Assembly (NCBI RefSeq): GCF_001194135.2 | Contig: NC_068982.1 | Location: forward strand, 108,370,255 to 108,413,308 | Source of the DNA: Octopus bimaculoides | Taxonomy: Eukaryota | DNA: 43,054 bases | Direction of reading: 5' to 3' | Shown: positions 10,918-23,324 of the stretch, one piece after another | Numbering within the stretch: the first letter of the stretch is position 1 | Layout of the letters: the number at the start of each line of letters is the position of its first letter | The notes under the pieces: model-generated | Database searches by the model: none | What the model was told of the DNA's origin: nothing | Seen by the model: only the letters and a program-made list of their open reading frames with translations | Program-made: the position numbers and the translations under genes

Positions 10918-11500
10918 TCTCTCGACTTGAGTTTCGTGCCACTGCAGTCTTCAGACGAGAACCTTTTCTACTCGGTGCTGGTGTATTTTTGTATTCGTTA
11001 GTGTACATGTGGACACATGCTTATGTTTGTTCGCTGGTTTGTGCTAACTAGCTGTTGTTTTCCACCTCTTCATTGATTATTATTTGATAATTGGATCTTG
11101 TATGTAATTTGCTCATTCATTCTTGTTTTACAATTTGTAGTTGTCCTTCTAAGTTTACTTTTACTTTTTAATGACATTATGTTTGCAAGTGTTTGTGATG
11201 GAATTTAACCGTGACACCATTTAAAATAGTTCTATTGTGAAAGCTGTTTTATTGCTGAGTAATTTCAGAGTGTTTGTGTTTCAATGAAAGTATGCTTTCT
11301 TGTCTATTATAGACAGTCTTATTGTGTGCACCTAGAGGATTCCTCTTCAAAGCGCAGTCGTTGGCAGGAATTTTTATGGAAAAACCAGCTGTTTCCCATA
11401 CATGCAATTCTCCCTTCTCTGTTTCAGCGATGTTTTCCAAAGAAAAAGTAACGTTAATACTAGTGTTACCGCAGATGTCTCTTTCAGAACTCAGAGAGCC
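10918..11500 (-). mobile_element. Highly decayed possible Penelope-like 3' end with a hammerhead-like motif at 10918-10962
   Basis: Minus strand: CTGAAGA-cTGC-AGTG-GCAC-GAAAC-TCAA-GTC-GAGA. Upstream there is weak GIY-YIG-like text (ELHVWETAG resembling YVGETG). Confidence 0.35.
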
Positions 11501-12097
11501 TTAACAGACACCACAAGGAATCTGAGGCTCCAACAATTCCGCTAAATTACTACCTCATCACGTCTCATTCTTCAAGGGAGTCATACCCGGAGAAAATTCT
11601 CAGATGTGAGTGTTTGATAGTGAGAACCTCGGTACGATCCAATGACACTACAGTCTTGTATCGAGCTTCCATTTGGCTTCATTCAAGATAGCAGCTGGTT
11701 AACTTCTGGCAATTTATTGTTGCATTATAGAGATGTTGTTTTACCAAAAACGTTGCTGTTTTCATAACCAGTATAAACGGAAGAAATCTTTCCAGCAAGA
11801 ACAAGCGAAACTTGCAGGCTTTATATAGTTGCAACAACTCTTTCATTGTCCATCTCGATACTATGTAACTTTTTCAAGCATTAGAGCATTAATTTGTTAA
11901 GGTAAGGGTTTTTGTGGGGGGGGGGGTCCTAATTTGTAAATAACAGTCAATCAAAACTGCTATCTAAGGATTACTAAATGCCCCTTTCAAAGAAGATATT
12001 TAGACATTAACATAGATATAGAACATATATAGATATTCACACACTCAGAAAGACGCTTTCTACGTCACTGTCCAAATATATCTGGAGTTTAGGGGAT

Positions 12098-12310
12098 ATT
12101 CAAATTTTGGCACAAGGCCAGAAATTTCGGAGGAGAGACTAAGTTGATTACATCGACACCAGTCCTCAATTGGTACTTATTTTATCGATCCGAAAGGGTG
12201 AAAGGCAAAGTCAACCACGGCGAAATTCGAACTCAGACCATAAGGACGGACAAAATGCTGCTAAACATTTCGCCCGGTGTGCTAACGATTCTGCCAGCTC
12301 GCCGCCTTTA
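12098..12310 (-). mobile_element. Full-length SINE family B
   Basis: The reverse complement reads GGCGGCGAGCTGGCAGAATCGTTAGCAC...GAGTTCGAATT (B-box-like)...GGCCTTGTGCCAAAATTTGAAT. Several other copies occur in the window. Confidence 0.85.
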
Positions 12311-12974
12311 CAGGATAATAATATTAGCAATTGTGAAATCGATTGATCCATTATAGAATATGCTCTCTATATATTATGGTTCTGGGGATTATCTTTGTTT
12401 TTCGTGGCACTTTGATCAAAATTGCTGAATTCTTGCTGACACTTACTATTGAAGAGTCTCCAAATACGAATTAAAGAAATTAGTTTCTTTTCCGCTGTGT
12501 CGGTTTGTCAAATCCTGAAAACTAGTGACATGAAAAAAATTCATTCGCTTAATCATCAACATTAAAATTTTATTTAAGCAATAGCCACGTATTGCTTTTA
12601 TATATTTTACATCTTCCATAGAAACATTATGTTCTTGCAAGTGGATAGATAAAAATATCACATATTTTTACATGAAAATATCACATTTTGCATGTGAATT
12701 GCTGAACATAATACATATTTTGTTTATGATAATCGAAAAGATGAATGTATGACGGATTTTCTAACGGTTAACGATGATTAATCACATTTCGATGTGTTTA
12801 CAAATATTTTTGTTCATAAGAGTTTTGCTGCTTCTCTTTTCAAACGTTTGAATAATCTGCAACTTGAAACCCAGAGTAATAATTCCAGAAGTTCTAATAA
12901 AATACAGAAAGCCTGCTTTAAGTATTGAGTACTTTTTTTTACTCGTTTGTAAATACAAACATTCAGTAAGCCAT

Positions 12975-12986
12975 GTATGTATGTAT

Positions 12987-13026
<40 letters not shown>

Positions 13027-13827
13027 NNNNNNNNNNNNNNNNNNNNNNNNNNNNNNNNNNNNNNNNNNNNNNNNNNNNNNNNNNNNNNNNNNNNNNNNNN
13101 NNNNNNNNNNNNNNNNNNNNNNNNNNNNNNNNNNNNNNNNNNNNNNNNNNNNNNNNNNNNNNNNNNNNNNNNNNNNNNNNNNNNNNNNNNNNNNNNNNNN
13201 NNNNNNNNNNNNNNNNNNNNNNNNNNNNNNNNNNNNNNNNNNNNNNNNNNNNNNNNNNNNNNNNNNNNNNNNNNNNNNNNNNNNNNNNNNNNNNNNNNNN
13301 NNNNNNNNNNNNNNNNNNNNNNNNNNNNNNNNNNNNNNNNNNNNNNNNNNNNNNNNNNNNNNNNNNNNNNNNNNNNNNNNNNNNNNNNNNNNNNNNNNNN
13401 NNNNNNNNNNNNNNNNNNNNNNNNNNNNNNNNNNNNNNNNNNNNNNNNNNNNNNNNNNNNNNNNNNNNNNNNNNNNNNNNNNNNNNNNNNNNNNNNNNNN
13501 NNNNNNNNNNNNNNNNNNNNNNNNNNNNNNNNNNNNNNNNNNNNNNNNNNNNNNNNNNNNNNNNNNNNNNNNNNNNNNNNNNNNNNNNNNNNNNNNNNNN
13601 NNNNNNNNNNNNNNNNNNNNNNNNNNNNNNNNNNNNNNNNNNNNNNNNNNNNNNNNNNNNNNNNNNNNNNNNNNNNNNNNNNNNNNNNNNNNNNNNNNNN
13701 NNNNNNNNNNNNNNNNNNNNNNNNNNNNNNNNNNNNNNNNNNNNNNNNNNNNNNNNNNNNNNNNNNNNNNNNNNNNNNNNNNNNNNNNNNNNNNNNNNNN
13801 NNNNNNNNNNNNNNNNNNNNNNNNNNN
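12975..13827. other. (TA)n tract followed by assembly gap N 13027-13827
   Basis: Directly visible. Confidence 0.95.
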
Positions 13828-16800
13828 GCAGAAAAAACAGCAGTCACAAGTGATAAGTCCATTCTGATTGGCGTAGGATATGGGCGCTACGGGTTACCTC
13901 TGACGGTGGGAGGGACCCTCGTGTCCCATTGGTTAGCTACTGTCCACCTCAAGCTGGGCAGCCCCCGGTATATAAGATGCTGACCCGCCACAGGCCGCCT
14001 GCTTCATTGGGTGCTTGGAGCTAAGAGTTTGACTTGAAAAACGACCTGAAACCTCTGCACCAGGCAAACAATCAAAAGACAAGAAACCACCAGTCCTGCG
14101 GTTAGCAAGCTGGAATGTCAGGACCATGTTCCCTGGCATATTTGATGACCTACTCAGGGTTGAAGACACAAGAAAGACGGCCATCATTGACCGCGAACTA
14201 AAGAGGCTCAACATGGATATTGCTGGACTGCAGGAGACAAGACTCCCCTCAAACGGCAAACTCAAAGAACAGGATTTTACCTTCTTTTGGCAGGGAAGAG
14301 ATCCAGAGGAACTTCGTCAGCATGGTGTTGGCTTTGCAGTGAGAAACTCATTACTCTCCTCAATGGAACCACCATCAGGAGGCACTGAGCGTATCCTCTC
14401 TCTGCGCTTCTTGAGCCCATCTGGCTCAGTACATTTACTGAGCATCTATGCTCCCACTCTTTACAGCTCAGAGGAGACCAATGACCAGTTCTACAAAGAT
14501 CTCAACTGTGTCATTAGAAACATACCAACCAACGAAAACATCTACTTTCTAGGAGATTCTAACGCTCGCGTGGGATCTGACCATGACTCGTGGCCCATTT
14601 GTGTCGGACATTTTGGTACTGGCAACATGAACGACAATGGTCAGAGACTCCTTGGATTTTGCACATACCATAACCTGTGCATCACCAACACATCCTTTAC
14701 CAACAAGCCATCCCACAAGGCATCTTGGAGACATCCAAGATCTCACCACTGGCATCAGTTGGATCTCATCATCACACGAAGATCCTTTCTGAATTCTGTC
14801 CAACTGACCCGTAGTTACCACAGCGCGGATTGTGACACAGATCATTCACTAATAAGAAGCAGGGTGAGGATTCTGCCTAAAAAAGTCCATCACTCCAAGA
14901 AAATGGGCTGACCTCGCATTAACACTGCCAGAACCTCGGACCCTACACTGCGAAAATCTTTGCTGTTTCTATTAAGGTTGCCCTCAGTAGCTGCCCATCC
15001 TCCTCTGCTGGAAGTAGGTGGAATTATATCAGGGCAGTTTTGTATACCACATCAATAGATACTTTCGGCATGAGTGAAAGACAAAACCCAGATTGGTTCA
15101 GTGCTGGGCTCTCGGAGCTGGAACCAGTTATCGAAGCAAAGCGCGCAGCTCTGATTCAATACAAGAGTGATTCTTCTACAAAGTCAATCGAAGAACTCAG
15201 AAAGGCAAGAAATAAGACCCAACTGACTGCCAGACGCAGTGCAAATAGGTATTGGCAAGAAATCTGTCAGAGTATCCAGTCAGCTGCTGACAGTAGCGAC
15301 ACCCGTGGGATGTATGCCGGTTTGAAGAAGGCCCTCGGTCCATCCGCAACCAAGTCAGCCCCTCTGAAATCAACTACTGGAGATCTCATCAAGGACCAAG
15401 GCAAGCAAATGGATAGATGGGCGGAGTACTCCCAGGATCTCTACTCACAGGAGACCACGGTCGCTGAGGCTGCAATCGAGGGTGTCAAGATCTTGCCAGC
15501 CATGTACGAACTTGATAATCTGCCGTCTATAGCGGAGGTCACCAAGGCTATTGACTCCCTAGCCAATGGCAAGGCTCCGGGAAAAGATGGCATCCCCTCA
15601 GAGATCATCAAAGCCGGCAAAAACACAGCTCTGCTTCGGCACCTTCATGAGCTTCTTTGTCAGTGCTGGGAAGAGGGTACAGTCCCTCAGGATATGCGGG
15701 ATGCTAACATCATTACGCTTAACAAAAACAAAGGTGACCGTGGTGATTGTAACAATTACCGTGGAATACCTCCTCTCCGCACTGTTGGAAAGACATTTGT
15801 TCGTGTTATCCTGTCCAGGCTACAACTGCTTGCTTCTCGAATTTATCCAGAATCACAGTGTGGCTTTAGAAGAAGCAGATCAACTATTGACATGATATTC
15901 TCCATACGCCAACTTCAATAGAAGTCCAGAGAGCAGAAAATGTCATTATATATAGTCTTCACTGATCTGACAAAGGTCTTTGACTTGGTAAGTAGAAAAG
16001 ACCTCTTCATCCTACTTCAAAAACTTGGATGTCCACCAAAGCTGCTGAGGATCATCAAATCTTTCCATGATCATATGCAAGGCACCATACAGCACAATGG
16101 TTAAACATCAGCCGCCTTCCAAATAAAAAAACGGGGTAAAGCAAGGCTGTGTCCTTGCTCCTACATTATTTGGCATCTTCTCGCTGCTGCTGTCACATGC
16201 CTTCGAGACATCAGATGATGGATTGTTTCTGCACAGTAGAAATGACGGGAAACTGTTCAATCTCCCGCGTCTGCGTGCCAAGACCAAAATTAGAAGCGTC
16301 CTGATCAAGGAGATGCTTTTTGCTGATAATGCCGCTCTGGTGTCACACACAGAAGCCCTGCAAAGGCTCATAAACTACTTTGAGCAAGCATGTAACGACT
16401 TTGGCCTAGTTATCAGCCTCAAGAAGACCAACATCATGGGTCAGGCTACATCGGACATCCCAAACATACATATTGGAGACCACAGACTACAGGAGGTGGA
16501 GAAGTTTACCTATCTTGGCTCTACCGTCACCTACAACCTATCCCTTGAGGTTCCGAGCTGAATATACGCATTGACAAGGCAGCTGCTGTGATGGCCCAAC
16601 TCTCCAAACGGGCGTGGGACAATAATAAGCTGACCAAGACCACAAAAATGAAGATTTACCAGGCATGTATACTTAGCACTCTACTGTATAGCAGTGAGAC
16701 CTGGACGCCATACACACGCCAAGAGCGTCTCCTAAATATCTTTCACCTGCGCTGCCTCCGGAAAATCCTTGGCATCAAATGGCAGAATCGTGTCCCCAAC

Positions 16801-17259
16801 AAAGATGTGCTCAAGCAAGCAGAAGTACCAAGCATGTTTGCACTCCTCACACAAAGACGTATGAGATGGCTTGGACATGCTAGTCGTATGGAAGATGGCA
16901 GAATCCCCAAGGACATACTCTACTGAGAGCTTGCTAGGGGTACTAGGTCTGTGGGAAGACCGTTCTTACGATACAAGGATGTTTGCAAAAGGGACATGAA
17001 AGCCTGCGACATCAATATTAGCAACTGGGAAGCGGTTACCAGCAACCGTGGAGATTGGCGACGCACCATAGAAGAGGGAACACAAAGGAGTGACAGAGGG
17101 AGAGAGGAGAAATGGAGCGACAAGAAAAGACGTCAACAAGAAACTATGACATTACAACCAGCCAGGCAAAGTCTTCGCTACATTTGCGGCACCTGCCAGA
17201 GGGAGTGTTTGTCCAGGATAGAACTACACAGCCACAGCAGGAGATGTATTAGGACATGA
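13828..17259 (+). mobile_element. Near-full-length, inactivated RTE-clade (BovB-like) LINE with APE endonuclease and RT
   Basis: APE motifs: LASWNVRTM, GLQETR, GVGF, SIYAPT, GDSNAR, HWHQLDLI, DCDTDH. RT motifs: KAPGKDG, NNYRGI, PESQCGFR, GVKQGCVLAPTLF, LFADN, FTYLGS, LLYSSETW. C-terminal CGTCQRECLSRIELHSHSRRC. There are several stops (15919, ~16102, 16924) and frameshifts. Confidence 0.95.
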
Positions 17260-17469
17260 GGAAAACTTCAAGGAAACCAGTTGGATCTGCCTCAGACAAT
17301 GTTAGATTTTGCTGTGATGTAATCAGCCTGGTTTGCATTTGATCATGTATCAGAAGATGTGGCACCCCCGAGCAATATGGGGGTGAGGATAGCCCCTACG
17401 AAGGGAGTGTGGGCAATATGCTAGTTTTAAGCTGAGGGTTTGAACAACCATACTTAAAGAAGTTCTTTT

Positions 17470-17718
17470 GGGATACTTGTAGTTTTCCCCAGAATCTAAA
17501 AGCTGTATTTTTAGGTCATTCATGTTTAATGTCCTGGAGGAGGGCACAAGTTTCCCACATTCTACCATCTCACATGCACATTTGAACCCATCAAACTTCT
17601 TTCTTTAGTCTCTTTAGAAAATTGTGTTATGAGGTCCAGTTGCTTTTGAATGCGGTTAATACTTGGCTCACACGGCTTCGGGTCATCAACAAAGAAAAGA
17701 TGAGAAATGTTGCTGGAT
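17470..17718 (-). mobile_element. R4/Dong-type RT fragment (domains 5-7), decayed
   Basis: The minus strand reads ISHLFFVDD....S...QKQLDLITQFSK ... ECGKL...LNMNDLKIQLLDSGENYKY, matching the HL.F.DDLK / KYLG layout. Confidence 0.6.
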
Positions 17719-17719
17719 T

Positions 17720-17758
<39 letters not shown>

Positions 17759-18105
17759 TGCGCGCGTTCAATACATGCGTATAAAAATGCAAATATAGGT
17801 ATCTAGCTCATTGTATATTTAATTGTGTTGTGTTCATTTACACGAATGCATAAGTATAACCCATTCGACCTTTTTTTAATTCTTGCAGCTATATGTATAT
17901 GGTGTATATAAATATACGTGCATGTGTGCGCGCCTGCACATATTCGTGTGACAGACAGACACAGACAGCTGCAGACAGCCAGACAGACAGACAAGCAAAC
18001 AGACAGACAAACATGTACATGTGTGCGTATACATTTAACCATTAATACATATTTTCTCTCACCAACAAAGAAGTAAATTTCAATTGAGAAGTGCTTCAGG
18101 TACAT

Positions 18106-19275
18106 CAGTGGTTCTCAACCGGGGTCCATATGGCCCCTGAGAGTTCATTTCAGATTTTTGAGGATCCACGTGACAAAATAATAAATTTGGGATCCACAGT
18201 AGTATTTTAAGGGCCCCTGAAAATATTTTGGGACCTTTGTGATTTGACGGGCAACATTTTTTTATGTAGTGTTTTTGGTACCGAAACACTTTCAAACTTC
18301 GTATACTTGTATATTTTGTGGTATAGAACAGATAATAAATTTTGTATTCGAAGTTATTTCACGTTAAAAATTGTCTTATTTCGATAATTTCAACTAATCA
18401 CTGACGTCTATTCAGTTGAATACAGTAACTGCTGTGACGGTGTATATGGTATTAATCTCCGTTAGTTCTGACATTTCCGATTAACTAGACTGTTCGTAAA
18501 CAAAGGGGAAAAAGCCATCAAAATACTTGAATATTGCCTGCACTTGTTANNNNNNNNNNNNNNNNNNNNNNNNNNNNNNNNNNNNNNNNNNNNNNNNNNN
18601 NNNNNNNNNNNNNNNNNNNNNNNNNNNNNNNNNNNNNNNNNNNNNNNNNNNNNNNNNNNNNNNNNNNNNNNNNNNNNNNNNNNNNNNNNNNNNNNNNNNN
18701 NNNNNNNNNNNNNNNNNNNGTTATGGGAAAAATATACACACACAGATACGCACAGCGTAATTTATGATATAAACAATATATGCGTATAAATTACGATTAA
18801 ACCGGATGAAATATGTCACAGGGAATAACATTTTTATGACCGGCCAGCACTGACTGTATTCAGCTGAATAGACGTCAGTGATTGGTTGAAATTACAGAAA
18901 TACGACAACTTTAACATGAAATAACTTGCGATGTACATTTTTTTGTTAAGAAGGCTAAGAGAAAAAGTTGTTTTGTATGACACATTCTACCAGTGTCCCA
19001 AGTTTGAAAGTGTTTCGTTAAGAAAACAAGTGTTGCCCGTCAAATCACAAAGATCCAAATTTTGTTTTAGATGTATATATTGCAAGAAATATCTTGGTTT
19101 CTTTCTCTAACATCTTACATAGTTCTACCTACACAATGCGTAAAAAAAACAAGACAGGAGATATAAAAGAAATTTCTGTAAGACAAATCTTTAAACATCA
19201 AATGGTTATGGGGTTCCTCTAGAATAAAATAGTAATCAAAGGGGTCCATAGATAAAAATTGCTTGAGAACTCCGG
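18106..19275. mobile_element. hAT-type MITE with 8-bp TSD, interrupted by a nested MITE
   Basis: TIR CAGTGGTTCTCAACC (18106) versus GCTTGAGAACTCCGG (19261-19275). Perfect TSD AGGTACAT at 18098-18105 and 19276-19283. Confidence 0.85.
18231..19056. mobile_element. Nested MITE with GG termini, long imperfect TIRs and 8-bp TSD (Merlin-like or MULE-like); contains gap N 18550-18719
   Basis: Ends GGACCTTTGTGATTTGACGGGCAACA / TGTTGCCCGTCAAATCACAAAGATCC. TSD ATATTTTG / AAATTTTG. Arms are shared with 25491-26064. Confidence 0.75.
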
Positions 19276-21013
19276 AGGTACATCATTCGATTCATCATCC
19301 ACTTAACTTTTTCTTGAAACTCCTATTTGCCTACTTGAGTTATTTCCCTTAGTTCATTTAATTATTTTTAATTATGTAAATTACGACTGGCGAAAATACT
19401 TCTCAACTCTTTTAATTAATGCAAAACCTTTGTCGATAGATCAAGTAGGCTAAAATGTTACAGTGCTCCGTTGATGAGGTTTAATAAAAGGGAGACATTC
19501 TGTAGCTGTCACCTTGCTTGTTAATAAAGATCAAATTTTCCCATAATCATGCAAATTAATTTTTAATTCCTTCAAATTATCTCCCCCTTTTCTTTGACTT
19601 CTGCAGTTGTTCATAAAACCATTAGACTTTCATTTATTCGTTTTTGTTCTCTGAGTAAGAGGGAACTTTCAGTTGTATGAGTATTTTTTTTTTTTCATAC
19701 GCTACTTAGTACTTTATTTAAATCAGAGTTTTTCAAAGACAGCGATATCACTCCACCCCCCTGGGACGATGGAAATTTTTTTATAAATTCACAAAAATTT
19801 GCTCCAATTTTCAAAGATATTTTCAGTTTTTATTCTGTGCGTGAACCATCTGGTGATGGTTAATTGCTGAAATGTATTGACATTACCTATTATATTCATA
19901 TGATTTACGCACAAATAGATTTTTAAAGGCGATCAACCGGCCATTAGCAATTTTCGTATTTTATTGAATCGTAAGCAAGAGATCATTGAAATAGTATTAG
20001 GAAAAGAAAGAGGGTGATAAGTAAAAAGTATAAGCATCTTTAACCTAAATTAATGTCACTGACACACTTGAGTTATGTCCCTTACTTCATTTTTCAATTA
20101 TGACAGACAAGTAGATAGATAGATAGGTAGATAGATAGATAGATAGATATGTACATAAGTGTGTGTATTCATTTAATCATTTATATATTTTATCTTTCCA
20201 ACAAAGAAACAAATTTCAGTTGTATGCATACATCTATCTTACCTACCTACCTATCTATCTATCTGGCTATCTATCTATCTATCCATCTGTTGGGGTGGGG
20301 GTAAAAATTTATTGAGTGCGTGCGTTACATAAATAATATTATAAGGATTAAATAAAAAGACAACCAACGGAAAATATGACATACCTGTATGTGTATGTAT
20401 ATATATATANNNNNNNNNNNNNNNNNNNNNNNNNNNNNNNNNNNNNNNNNNNNNNNNNTATATATAATTTTAAAAACGTGTAGTAAATAGGCATACAAAT
20501 ATACTAAATACACAGACGAACGGAAAACACAGAAACTCTTCTTCAGTTTTCGGCCAGAGGGTCAAGCGCAATTTCAGCCATTATTGATAATATTGCTTCC
20601 ACTCTGGAGGCACCAGCAGAAAACTTGCCGGGAATGGGACCAAAACATGACAAAACGAGACGGGCTCGAGACGAGACCGTTAGTGGACGGACGAGGGACA
20701 AAACAATAAACTGAATAAAAGCTTAGGGCCACACGAAGACAACAATTAAAATGATAATAATACATATACAGCAAAAGAAAAAAAAGCCTTCGGGCTGCAA
20801 GACAAGACAAAAATGGTTAACGGGAAGGGGTAATGAAAAACTGTCCTAAAGAACTATAAACACGGGAGGGGAAGAGCGAGAAGCTCAAAAAATTGTGACC
20901 AGTCCGATCGATGGCAACGCAAAAAAGAATGACACCATCTTAGGCCGTCACGGATCACGTGATAGTGGGGGGAAGGTAACACACACACGCACACACACAC
21001 ACACACACACACA

Positions 21014-21933
21014 CGAGGTGCGTTCAAAAAGTGTCCAACTTTATTTTTCTCGCCAAAACTAATGCCGCGTGAGCAAAATCCTTTGGGTGTGAGGTGACAC
21101 TGCCCTTTATGTGCATGAGTGGAAATTTTCGGGCCCGTAGACAAAGTCAGTTTCTGGCTGTTATGCCTGGAGTACAGACGTGTCATGCGCGCTCATCAGA
21201 TTTTTGTTTTCACCAAACGCATCGAGCAAAGGCATTGTATCAAGCTTTGTCAAAAACCTGGTGATACTCTCGCTCAAACTATCCAAAAGACACGGAGGGT
21301 TTGGTAGGATGATGCCATGGGCAAAACTCAGATGAACGAGTGGTACAACTGCTTCAAACATGGACGCACCTTAGTGGAGAGCGAGGCACGCTCAGGCAGG
21401 CCATCCACAAGCTGAAACGAGGAGCCGATGGAGGAGGTTTGGTGAATAATCATGAAAAACCGTCGTGTAACAATCCAGAAAGTTACTCAGGAAGTGAGAA
21501 TACGCACAGGATCAATGCATTGCATTTTAACGAAGGAATTGTGCATGCGGAGAGTACCAGCAAAATTCGCCCACAATGTGCTGGCGGAACAGCAGAAGTA
21601 ATTCCGCATGGAAAGCGCTTAAAATACTCTGGACTGTGCAAACCACGACCCAGACATCATGAAGACCATCATCACTAATAATGAGACATGGGTTTATTGT
21701 CTCTATTCAATGTGTTTGGGCATCTTGCATGAAAACTAAAGTCCGACGAGCGTGTACTACAAGTCTGCACTCAGGGTATAACAGCCGGGAACTGGCGCGG
21801 CATACCGGCGTGTGAAAATGTTTGCGTATGTGCAGAAAGGGTGGTGTTACCTCCCACCCAAAAGATTTTGCCCACGCGGCATTAGTCTTCGCGGAAAATA
21901 AAAAATAAAGTCGGATTCTTTTTTAACGCACCT

Positions 21934-21935
<2 letters not shown>
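21014..21935 (+). mobile_element. Internally deleted mariner transposon relic
   Basis: TIRs CGAGGTGCGTT.AAAAAG / CTTTTTTAACGCACCTTA followed by TA. Translation gives IEQRHCIKLC...EWYNCFKHG...SGRPST...RRVTI...MRRVPAKF...ITNNETWVY, after which the catalytic domain is deleted. Flanked by (CA)n on both sides. Confidence 0.9.
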
Positions 21936-21980
<45 letters not shown>

Positions 21981-21982
<2 letters not shown>

Positions 21983-23282
21983 TCTTTAGCTTGTTTCAGT
22001 TTTAAAGCTGCGGTCATGCTGATGCATCTCTGTTTGCTGTGCTACACCTTCATTATTTGAAACCTCTGATATGTGGCATCTGGTGAATGAGGGAGTTTGA
22101 TGTTGCTGCCCTCATCTGTGTTTCCTGCCATGAGGTAAGAACCCTTGACAGGAAAAGATCCAGTTTTGGTTTGAAGACGCTTATATCCACACCATGCTGA
22201 CGCTTATATCCACACCATGCAGGTCTCCCATGGATTTTGGAAGGATATTGAAGAGCTGTGAGGCCCTTGAAACCCAAGCCGTTGCAGTATCTGGTCCTGA
22301 ATTTTGATGGCGGTAGTGGGATTTTTGGCACTATGCGGTGACGCCCGTTCTGCTATTTATGTAACTTTCAATGCCAAAGTTTGGTACAAGTCCTTCCAGG
22401 ATTTTCCAGATGTATATCACTGCATATCTTTCTTGTTTTCGTTCTAGGGAGTAGAGCCTTTACTCTTTCAATCTTTCTCAGTAGCTGATACGTTGCATTG
22501 AGACGATGTCCTTTGTGTAGCTTCGTTAGATTGCTTCAAGTTTCACCTTAATGTTATACTGAGTGGTGACCATAGTTCGGAGAAGTAGTCCAAGTGGCTG
22601 TGGGCATATGTCCTCCAAAGGACCATCACAGTTTCCTTTTCTCTCATTCTGAAAGTTCGAATCCATCCGGCCAGCCGTCTACATCTTATTGCCAAATTAG
22701 TAATATGTAACTGGAAAGATCCATTATTATTCATGTCAATGCCCAGGTCACACACTGATTTTGATTCAGGGATTGCAATTCCTCCTGAGTCAGTGTATCG
22801 TGTCTGCATGTTGTTCAATTTTGCGTGCTGGTAACGCAGGGCTTGGAATTTTCCAGCATTAAACTGCATGTTATTGTCTTCAGCCCATCTGTATATTGCG
22901 TCCAACTCCCTTTGCAGATGCACCATATTTCCAGGGTTCTGAATCGTCTAAGAGACTTTTGTGTCATCTGCATAGCTCGCGAGGGTGGTTATCCTGAGCA
23001 GTTAGGGGCATGTCTGAGAGGACCGCTATGAATAGCAGAGGTATTAAGACAGTGCCCTGTGGAACACCACTTACTATTTGTGTTTCGCTTGAGGCGGCTC
23101 CATTGGCCACCACTGCCTGACTTCTATCTTCTAGAAAGTCATATAACCACTCTCCAAGTTTTCCGATTATTCCGAGATCAAGCAATTTGTGATGCATACC
23201 ATATCATACATACCATGATCGATTTTATCAACGGCTTTTGCAAAGTCGAGATATATCACATCTACACTTGAGTTGTTGAGTG
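21981..23282 (-). mobile_element. 5'-truncated CR1/jockey-group LINE (RT to 3' end), decayed
   Basis: Reads DVIYLDFAKAVDKIDHG, WLYDFLEDRSQ.V..NG..S....SGVPQGTVL.PLLF, SYADDTK, LQRELDAIYRWAEDNNMQFN..K, FKPKLDLFL. The tail CAGCATGACCGCAG...ACTGAAACAAG is at 22025-21981. Confidence 0.85.
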
Positions 23283-23324
23283 ATGTGTGTGTGTGTGTAA
23301 AGTAAATATATATGCGTATGTGTA

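Noticed and set aside
9337-13983. Long ORFs reported at 9337-10034 and 12864-13983 (likewise 18462-18789 and 26966-28373)
   Set aside because: Artefacts of N-gaps and dinucleotide repeats.
13860-14030. Possible HDV-like ribozyme in the RTE 5' UTR (hairpin GGGAC-N6-GTCCC, TCCAC loop, GCTAA)
   Set aside because: Some RTEs carry such ribozymes, but I could not assemble consistent P1/P2/P3 pairings by eye. An HDV descriptor search on the family consensus would decide.
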